From: a candidate division WOR-3 bacterium
Lineage (GTDB): Bacteria > Hydrothermota > UBA3073
Direction: 5' to 3'
Assembly: GCA_030606335.1 (NCBI GenBank)
Contig: JAUWGP010000013.1
Span: 2,346-66,345, forward strand
DNA: 64,000 bases
The notes below the pieces were generated by a model. The model searched no databases, was not told the DNA's origin, and saw only the letters and a list, made by a program, of their open reading frames with translations. The position numbers were made by a program, and so were the translations under genes. Shown here in pieces: positions 45,780-53,475 of this stretch (the stretch's first letter is position 1; every line of letters starts with the position of its first letter).

Positions 45780-48482
45780 ATGGCGAGTTTATCAGTCCCT
45801 GCCCTTGCATCTGCTAAAGAGCCCGTTGATTATGTAGACCCATTTATCGGAACTGCAGCAAACCTGGGAAACACTTTTCCGGGTCCGTGCATCCCCTTCG
45901 GGATGATACAGTTAAGCCCCGATGTAACCATTCACAATTGCTCTGGATACGATTATGCCAGACGCACCATCAGAGGGTTTAGTTGTACTCATTTGAGCGG
46001 AACGGGTTGCAGTGATTATGGCAATATCCTTTTTATGCCAATGGTTGGAGAAATTAAAATTCTGCCCGGCTCGAGGGATAAACCTGATGAAGGTTATCGA
46101 TCGAGATTTGACAAAAAAGATGAAAAAGCATTTCCCGGATATTATTCTGTTACGCTTAAAGATTATAATGTAAAGACTGAATTGACTGCTACCAAACGTG
46201 CTGGATTTTTCAAGTTTACCTTCCAGGAGAGTAAAGATGCACACATCTTAGTAGATCTCTTCCATAGAATAGGCGGAGAGGCTATTAATGGATATGTAAA
46301 AATTGTAGATAGTCACACCATTGAAGGTTATAGTTATTGCAATTCGACTGGTAGAGGGTGGTGCGGAGGTTCTGACTATACTGTCTACTTCGTCGCCAAA
46401 TTTAACAAACCATTTAATGGGTATGGAACCGGGAAGGTCTGTGAACCAGTAGACATTCCGGAGAGTGCCTTGATTCCAGCTGGTGCCAAAGAAGGAAAGC
46501 ATGGTCTCAAGGGTGAGTATTTTAATAACCGAAATCTTCAGGGTAAGCCGACATTGATCCGAGTTGACAAGCAGATTAATTTTCAATGGGGAGGTTCACC
46601 GGATAATAGTATAAATTCAGATGATTTCTCTGTTCGCTGGACCGGCTGGTTGGTCCCTCCTTTTTCTGGCACCTATCAGTTAGCTGTTACCAGCGATGAC
46701 GGAGTCCGCCTTTTCATTGATGGGAAACTCATCATCGACAAATGGGTAGACAGACCAATCACGACAGATATAGCACCCGTGACACTGAAGGCGGGACATC
46801 GATATGATATTCGGATAGAGTACTATAAACATGGGGGAAAAGCTGTCGCCCATTTGAAATGGGTTTTTCCTGATACTTATAAGACAATTCGGAAAGGTTC
46901 GCAGGAAGAATCCGGGAAGCATATTGTTGCCTTTGTTGACTATACTACTGCAAAAAACGAAACTATCTTAATGAAGGTAGGGATTTCATTCGTTAGTATA
47001 GAGGGAGCAATAAAAAACCTTGAATCCGAAATCCCGAACTGGGACTTTGATAAGGTAATAAACGAGGCAAAAAAATCCTGGAACAAGAGGTTAAACAAGA
47101 TCAAGGTTGAAGGGGGTACGGATAAGCAAAAAGTGATTTTTTACACTGCCCTTTATCATACATTGATACATCCCAACATTTTTATTGATGTAGATGGAAG
47201 ATATTATGGGATGGACCATAAAATTCATTCTACAGCGGATACTCATTATGCCATCTTTTCTGGATGGGATATATTCCGAGCAGAAATGCCTTTGTTAACA
47301 TTGATAGAGCCAGTGGTGGATAATGAGATAATCCGATCCTTGATAGCCAAGTATAAACAGGGTGGCTGGCTGCCGATATGGGAGTTTGCAAATAGTTATT
47401 CCAACTGCATGATTGGTGACCCGGCTGTTCCTGTAATTGTTGATGCCTATATGAAGGGTCTCAGAGACTTTGATGTTGAGGAGACCTATAAAGCGATGAG
47501 GAAGAGTGCTATGGAATTGCCTCAACCAAGCCATTTATTCAAGGGTCGGCGCGGTTTGGAGGAGTACAAGAAATTTGGCTATATTCCTGCTGACACACCC
47601 GAGATTGATGCAACTGTTTCCGTAACTTTAGAGTATGCCTATCCCGATTGCTGCCTGGCTCAGATGGCGAGAGACTTGGGCAAGGAAGAAGATTACGAGT
47701 TATTTATAAAAAGGGCAGGTAATTACGCAAATGTTTTTGACCATTCAGCGGGATTCATGCGACCGAGGAATAAGGATGGGTCATGGGTAACGCCGTTTAA
47801 CCCCATTGTTTGGGAACACGGCTTTTGCGAAAGCAATTCATGGCAACAGACCTGGTTTGTGCTACATGATGTACAAGGGCTGCTCGACCTTATGGGAAGA
47901 GAATATTTCATTGAAAAGCTGGATACCTTATTCAAGGAAGGTCTCTCCGATAATTTAGGAGGTAGGTATGGAGAGAATCTATATTATTATCATGGAAATG
48001 AGCCTGACCAACATGTTGCTTATTTTTATAATTATGCCGGGGTACCATGGAAAACCCAAAAATGGGTTAGGGAGATAATAGAAAGAGCATATAAATTGGG
48101 TCCCGATGGAATATGTGGGAATGATGATTGTGGCCAAACATCAGCGTGGTACATATTCAGTGCAATGGGTTTTTATCCAGTCTGCCCTGGACAGAATATA
48201 TATGTAATAGGGAGTCCAATATTTGATAAAGTTACGATCGAATTAAACACGCCATACAAAAAAGGCACATTTGTAATAGATGCAATTAATGTATCAAGAG
48301 AGAATAAATATATTCAGTCTGTAACTTTAAATAACAAGGTATTGGACAAATCCTGGATCACGCATTCTGACATAGTCAGTGGAGGGGTTTTGACCTTTGT
48401 AATGGGACCAGAGCCAAACAAGGAATGGGGGAGCTCGCCTGAAGAAGTTCCACCTTCTATGTCCAAAACGGGAGAAAAATGA
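45780..48482 (+). CDS. GH92 alpha-1,2-mannosidase-family enzyme with inserted PA14 domain; 5' end probably frameshifted (signal peptide in frame 0 upstream of annotated ATG)
   Basis: DYVDPFIGTAANLGNTFPGPCIPFGMIQLSPD N-terminal GH92 signature; PA14-like block FSGTYQLAVTSDDGVRLFIDG...GHRYDIRIEYY; KKELILLLGGIMASLSVPALASA readable upstream in frame. Confidence 0.8.
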   Translation: MASLSVPALASAKEPVDYVDPFIGTAANLGNTFPGPCIPFGMIQLSPDVTIHNCSGYDYARRTIRGFSCTHLSGTGCSDYGNILFMPMVGEIKILPGSRDKPDEGYRSRFDKKDEKAFPGYYSVTLKDYNVKTELTATKRAGFFKFTFQESKDAHILVDLFHRIGGEAINGYVKIVDSHTIEGYSYCNSTGRGWCGGSDYTVYFVAKFNKPFNGYGTGKVCEPVDIPESALIPAGAKEGKHGLKGEYFNNRNLQGKPTLIRVDKQINFQWGGSPDNSINSDDFSVRWTGWLVPPFSGTYQLAVTSDDGVRLFIDGKLIIDKWVDRPITTDIAPVTLKAGHRYDIRIEYYKHGGKAVAHLKWVFPDTYKTIRKGSQEESGKHIVAFVDYTTAKNETILMKVGISFVSIEGAIKNLESEIPNWDFDKVINEAKKSWNKRLNKIKVEGGTDKQKVIFYTALYHTLIHPNIFIDVDGRYYGMDHKIHSTADTHYAIFSGWDIFRAEMPLLTLIEPVVDNEIIRSLIAKYKQGGWLPIWEFANSYSNCMIGDPAVPVIVDAYMKGLRDFDVEETYKAMRKSAMELPQPSHLFKGRRGLEEYKKFGYIPADTPEIDATVSVTLEYAYPDCCLAQMARDLGKEEDYELFIKRAGNYANVFDHSAGFMRPRNKDGSWVTPFNPIVWEHGFCESNSWQQTWFVLHDVQGLLDLMGREYFIEKLDTLFKEGLSDNLGGRYGENLYYYHGNEPDQHVAYFYNYAGVPWKTQKWVREIIERAYKLGPDGICGNDDCGQTSAWYIFSAMGFYPVCPGQNIYVIGSPIFDKVTIELNTPYKKGTFVIDAINVSRENKYIQSVTLNNKVLDKSWITHSDIVSGGVLTFVMGPEPNKEWGSSPEEVPPSMSKTGEK

Positions 48483-48484
48483 AC

Positions 48485-48728
48485 AATAATATGAAAGAAT
48501 ATGACAAACCACAGAGGACACGGAGATAATATTAAATATCATGTTTATAAGAAATTGAATTAACAGGGATCGAAAGAGAACTAAAGGGGTAAAAAATAAA
48601 TAAAAAAATCTCTTTCAAATCTCTTTAAATCCCTGTTGAAAAAAAAAGAATAAATTAACAGAGGAAGGTGTAAAAATCTCCTGCGATTCTTTATTACTCT
48701 ATAATTCTCTGTGTTCTCTGTGGTTAGA
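48485..48728. repeat. Q-type palindromic intergenic element, long version (IR-L 48507-48526, IR-R 48707-48725)
   Basis: IRs AAACCACAGAGGACACGGAG / CTCTGTGTTCTCTGTGGTT; spans from 3 nt after the GH92 stop to ~35 nt before the next start. Confidence 0.8.
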
Positions 48729-48765
48729 TTAATCGCACTACCCGTTGAATTGATGAAAGGAACTT

Positions 48766-49992
48766 ATGAAGGCAAAAAATTTGTTCTGGGTTCTGCTTAC
48801 TGGCATATGTCTGTTGATATTGACGACAGCTATAGCGGCGACTCCTCAGAAAACAGGCAAGTGGACTGAAAATTTAGAAGAACTCGCTTTTGTCCGAAAG
48901 ACACAACGTCTTCAAGAGAGAATGGAAGAGGTTAAAGAGAAAGCTGTAAAAGTAAAAGCGTCTGAAAGACTTATTCAGGTGATAGAAGAAGCAGAAAGTG
49001 AACTGGGCAATATGGTCACACAACCCATTTATAAAAGGCAAAAACCTCCTGAATTTGAAGGAATATTAAGGGAAGTGACTTCAACAATTAAGAGAGAAAA
49101 GCTCCCAGGTGAGACTGTTCAGGAGCTGATCAATACAGTTTTAAATTTGGAATTATTTGCTATTCTCAAGTTTGCAAAAGGGAATTTTATTTTAAGGTCT
49201 TTCGTTCTATACGATGAAGAACTCATCAAGGATGCAAAAAGCCAGATTAGGTTGGAATTACCACCAGGGTGGATGGCGAAGCTTGATTCCGAAGAGGATG
49301 AATTTAAAGAATTCCTTATAAACCCTCCTCCATTATGTGCCTTTGGTAATTATGTAGTAGAAGTAAAGGCAACAATATACTGGTCCTGGGGAGAAACAGA
49401 GATTTCTCGGAATTTTCAGTGGCAAAATGCTTCTCTGATTGATTTAAAATTGATAGGTGTTTTTGATAATATCGAAAATAGGGGAATGGATATCGTCTAT
49501 GCACTGGAAAAGGATATTTTAAGAGGGATCGATTTTTCTGATGTTTACAAGGATAAGGAAGGTGTTACTGTAGGTTGGCACGATGTAGAAAAGGAGAGTA
49601 TATTCAGCAGAGGAGGAGCTCATTTTGTGGATCTCAAGAAGGAATTTGAATCTCTTAATTTCCCAACAGAGAATACTATTTCTTATGCCTGCACTTATGT
49701 TCACTCGGATGAGACAATGGATGTGCGGTTTGATTTGGGCAGTGATGACGGCTGTGTGTTCTGGCTTAATGGTCAGGAAATCCACCGCCATTGTGAGCCC
49801 AGAGGATTAAGGATAGGAGAAGATATAATTTTTGCCCAGCTCAAGGAGGGTTGGAATCAAGTTTTGCTTAAAATTGGTCAGGTAGGTGGTGGGTGGGAAT
49901 TCTGTCTCCAAATATTCAGTCTTGAAGGTAAACCCATTGAAGAACTTCGTTGTTCAACCGAGAAAATACTATTTCCTCCAACGGATGAATAA
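48766..49992 (+). CDS. Secreted protein with C-terminal PA14-like beta-sandwich domain
   Basis: Signal peptide; MDVRFDLGSDDGCVFWLNGQEI...WNQVLLKIGQVGGGWEF resembles the PA14 SDDG / L.G core. Confidence 0.45.
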   Translation: MKAKNLFWVLLTGICLLILTTAIAATPQKTGKWTENLEELAFVRKTQRLQERMEEVKEKAVKVKASERLIQVIEEAESELGNMVTQPIYKRQKPPEFEGILREVTSTIKREKLPGETVQELINTVLNLELFAILKFAKGNFILRSFVLYDEELIKDAKSQIRLELPPGWMAKLDSEEDEFKEFLINPPPLCAFGNYVVEVKATIYWSWGETEISRNFQWQNASLIDLKLIGVFDNIENRGMDIVYALEKDILRGIDFSDVYKDKEGVTVGWHDVEKESIFSRGGAHFVDLKKEFESLNFPTENTISYACTYVHSDETMDVRFDLGSDDGCVFWLNGQEIHRHCEPRGLRIGEDIIFAQLKEGWNQVLLKIGQVGGGWEFCLQIFSLEGKPIEELRCSTEKILFPPTDE

Positions 49993-49998
49993 AACTTT

Positions 49999-50901
49999 AT
50001 GCAATATAAATATCAAGTTATGAAGATAATATTTATAATTGCCTTTCTTTTTATTATCTTATCTGGAGCATTTTTTAATTCTCTTGCACAACCATTATTT
50101 AAACCGGTTGCTCCACTCACAGAGACTCCCACTGAAGAGTTTGTGTTTGCAGTCTTTGGAGATAATCGACCAGAGCATAAGGCAATTGAACAACCTCAAG
50201 TATACAAACATATTATTCGGGAAATAAATAAATCTTCGGCTACTCTGGCGATTAACACAGGCGATCTGGTGGATGGAGTTGTGGATCTTGAGACACAAAG
50301 ACTACAGTTTGCAGAGTTCATTAAGGTCTCCCGCAGACTAAGTATCCCTTTATACACCGTAATTGGCAACCATGATGTTGCTGGTCGACAAGAAATCCAG
50401 GACCTTTATTTAAAATTAATCTGTCCGAAACTTTACTATTCTTTTGACTTAAACCACTGCCATTTTATCTTCTTAGATTCTGAGACTATTGGGGAAGAGG
50501 GCTCAATTCCGTGGGAACAGTTAAAATGGTTAGCAAAGGACCTTGAAAATGTTATAGTTACTACGAATCACATTTTCATTTTTCTCCATCGACCATTGTT
50601 TTCGGCAGGTCCTCATAAAGGGGGATGCCTGGATAGATATCCAGAAGAGCGGGATGAATTGTTAAAATTGTTCGTCAGATTTAATGTTGATGCAATTTTT
50701 TGTGGACATGAGCACATCTACCATAAATCCGTGCATAATGGAGTGACCCAGTATATTACGGGTGGAGCAGGTGCTCCTTTACATAAGAATTTTGACGAGA
50801 TAAAAGATTATCCAGGGGCATTTCACCATTATCTGTTTGTAAAGGTTTCCCCTAAAAGATATGAAGTTGAGGTAAAAATCCCCAAAGGTTATGGGAATTA
50901 A
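49999..50901 (+). CDS. Calcineurin-like metallophosphoesterase
   Basis: GDNRP, GDLVDG, GNHD and GHEH metal-ligand motifs in canonical order; N-terminal TM/signal. Confidence 0.75.
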   Translation: MQYKYQVMKIIFIIAFLFIILSGAFFNSLAQPLFKPVAPLTETPTEEFVFAVFGDNRPEHKAIEQPQVYKHIIREINKSSATLAINTGDLVDGVVDLETQRLQFAEFIKVSRRLSIPLYTVIGNHDVAGRQEIQDLYLKLICPKLYYSFDLNHCHFIFLDSETIGEEGSIPWEQLKWLAKDLENVIVTTNHIFIFLHRPLFSAGPHKGGCLDRYPEERDELLKLFVRFNVDAIFCGHEHIYHKSVHNGVTQYITGGAGAPLHKNFDEIKDYPGAFHHYLFVKVSPKRYEVEVKIPKGYGN

Positions 50902-50917
50902 GGAAGAAGGTGAAACT

Positions 50918-52798
50918 ATGCATAGAAAAATACGATTAAGAGTAATAGGCTTATTTTTGTTACAGATAGTCTTTGGCAGTGCAGTATTTTCGCAGCAGAT
51001 TGGCCCCTTCGTTAAATACGAAAATAATCCAATCCTGATACCTCAGGGTACAGGTTTTGAGTCAAAAGCTGTGTTCAATCCCGGGGTTATTCTGGATGAT
51101 GATACCTTTTATATGTTTTATAGAGCTCAAAATGAGAGTGGACAGTCCACCATTGGTTTAGCTGTGAGTGAGGATGGGATAAATTTTACCAGATATCCTG
51201 AACCGGTAATATCGCCTGAATATGATTATGAACTTCCCGGAGGTTGTGAAGATCCGAGAATCGTAAAGATAGGAAATACTTATTATATCACTTATACTGG
51301 TTATAGTCATAAAGGTACACCTTCCTGCTTGGCAATGTCAAAAGACCTGATGCATTGGAAAAAGCTCGGGCCTATTACACCAAATAAATCAGCTGCGATA
51401 TTAAAGAGAAAGATTGATGGAAAATACTGGCTATATTATGGTGATACAAATATCTGGATTGCCCATTCTATAGATTTAATTCACTGGAATGTCATCAATG
51501 AGCCTGTTTTAAAACCGAGAAAGGGTTATTTCGATGAGGGGTTGGTCGAGCCGGGACCTCCGCTAATTATTACTGAAGAAGGGATATTACTTATCTATAA
51601 TGGTAATATACCCAAAGAAAAAGCGATGGAATTAGGCAAAAAAGAAGGACAGGAAAAGGTCAGAGAATATGCCACTGGTTGGGCGCTCTTTTCTATAGAA
51701 GATCCTACCAGACTAATTGCAAGATGTGAATCTCCATTTTTGACAGTAACCGAAGATTTTGAAAAGAATGGGCAGGTAAGCGATGTGGTGTTTTCAGAAG
51801 GATTGGTGCAAAAAGATGGTAGATCTTATCTTTATTATGGTTGCGCAGATACTTACATCGGGGTAGCAGTAAGTCAGCAAACATGGCGAGAACCAATATT
51901 CCTGTCCCACTCCTCGTTTATCTTGGGAATTAGTTTTCCTATATTAATACCTCAAGGAAATGGTTTTGAAGGTAATCGGGTATATAACCCTACAGTCATT
52001 GTATCAGAAGGGACTCTCTATATGGTTTACCGGACAGAGGGAAAGGAAACTGGTACAGGAGCGTTTGGTATGGCTAAGAGTACAGATGGGATAAATTTCA
52101 TCCGATATAAAAACAACCCCATCATGAGGGCAGAGCATGAGTTTGAACAAGGAGGTTGTGAAGACCCCAGAATTGTAAAATTCGGAGACACATACTATTT
52201 ATTTTACCACGGGAATGAGAATAAAACACCAGGTAATATATGTCTGGCGACTTCCAAAGATCTTCTTACTTGGGAAAAATATGGCGAGGTTTTGCAACCC
52301 AAAAACCGTTGGGAAATGGGTCAAATAAAAGCTCCTGCACCTGTTCCTCAAAAGATAAAAGACAAATATTGGATGTACTATCAGGGGGAAATAAATCCAT
52401 GGGATACAAAGGTGGGGATAGCCTGCTCAGAAGATTTAATCCATTGGACTCATGTATTAGAAGAACCTGTAATGACACCCAGAGAAGGCTACTTTGACAG
52501 TTGGGGGACAGAGCCTGGAGTAGCTGTGGTAATAGACGAATGGATATTTTTAATCTATAACGGATGGGGGGGAGATGGGACGAATATCAACAAAATCGGC
52601 TGGGCGTTATTCAGCAAGGAGAATCCTTCAAAGTTAGTCGCTCGATGCGATTCTCCTATAATATCTCTACCACATGACCATGTATTTTGTGAGGGATTAG
52701 TAGAATTCAAAGATAAGTGGTATTTATACTGGGGAACCGCGGATCAATGGATAGAAGGTGCGATTGTGGATTTAAACAAGATAATAAGTAAATTATAG
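50918..52798 (+). CDS. Secreted tandem-GH130 fusion protein (two complete GH130-like modules)
   Basis: Two copies of the NPIL...GCEDPRIVK...YYGCAD / YWGTAD pattern; start set at ATG 50918 (MHRKIRLRVIGLFLL signal). Confidence 0.75.
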   Translation: MHRKIRLRVIGLFLLQIVFGSAVFSQQIGPFVKYENNPILIPQGTGFESKAVFNPGVILDDDTFYMFYRAQNESGQSTIGLAVSEDGINFTRYPEPVISPEYDYELPGGCEDPRIVKIGNTYYITYTGYSHKGTPSCLAMSKDLMHWKKLGPITPNKSAAILKRKIDGKYWLYYGDTNIWIAHSIDLIHWNVINEPVLKPRKGYFDEGLVEPGPPLIITEEGILLIYNGNIPKEKAMELGKKEGQEKVREYATGWALFSIEDPTRLIARCESPFLTVTEDFEKNGQVSDVVFSEGLVQKDGRSYLYYGCADTYIGVAVSQQTWREPIFLSHSSFILGISFPILIPQGNGFEGNRVYNPTVIVSEGTLYMVYRTEGKETGTGAFGMAKSTDGINFIRYKNNPIMRAEHEFEQGGCEDPRIVKFGDTYYLFYHGNENKTPGNICLATSKDLLTWEKYGEVLQPKNRWEMGQIKAPAPVPQKIKDKYWMYYQGEINPWDTKVGIACSEDLIHWTHVLEEPVMTPREGYFDSWGTEPGVAVVIDEWIFLIYNGWGGDGTNINKIGWALFSKENPSKLVARCDSPIISLPHDHVFCEGLVEFKDKWYLYWGTADQWIEGAIVDLNKIISKL

Positions 52799-52949
52799 AG
52801 ACACCTGACAATACTTCTACAATTTAGAATATAGTCCTTATCAAATATATGTCTCTTTGCATAAAAAGTAGAAAGTGCAACGAGCATATAGTATTCAGTC
52901 TCATTTAAACAGCTAATGTAGGCAATATATAAATTTTTTAATTTTTTTC

Positions 52950-52978
52950 TTGACAAAGTTAAATTTTTAAGTTATAAT
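52950..52978 (+). promoter_or_regulatory. Consensus sigma70 promoter (TTGACA-17-TATAAT)
   Basis: Exact hexamers, 17-nt spacer. Confidence 0.6.
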
Positions 52979-52984
52979 AATAAA

Positions 52985-53150
52985 AGTATCAAAAATAAAA
53001 AAATTGCTCTTCAATTTCGGGAATTTAAAAAGCCTGAAGATATGGAGGTATAATGATTTTTTATCCTCATGCTTCAGAAATAAACGAAGATAATACCTTT
53101 TTCGTATCCCCAATCCTTATAATATTTAGGGTTGGGGATTTTTTTTATCC
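52985..53150 (+). ncRNA. Candidate small transcript (promoter-to-terminator unit, ~165 nt) containing GGAGG-ATG short ORF
   Basis: Bounded by the consensus promoter and the hairpin/U8 terminator; no annotated gene; function unknown. Confidence 0.3.
53106..53150 (+). terminator. Rho-independent terminator (TCCCCAATCC-loop-GGGTTGGGGA then TTTTTTTT)
   Basis: Direct reading. Confidence 0.55.
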
Positions 53151-53475
53151 TTTTGTTTTGTCTGAATCCAAAGTAATTATATAACTATCAAGTTTGGTAT
53201 TCAGGGAGTAAATGGGGTATTAATTAAGGTATACGATTATCAAGCAGAGGGGTAACTTTTCGTATTGAAAGGAGGTGATGCAGAGGGTATGAAGGGCATA
53301 ATTTTTTACTGAAAGGAGGTGATAGAATAGTGCAGTGACTTCTCTTAGTAGGGTGGTCAGTACTAAAAGTGAGGAGATACGAAGATAATGATGTTCTGGG
53401 TGGATATGGATTGGCATAAGGTGTAGAAGGGAGTATTTTGCAATAAGATTTAGAAAGTGTGATAGGAGGTAAAAA

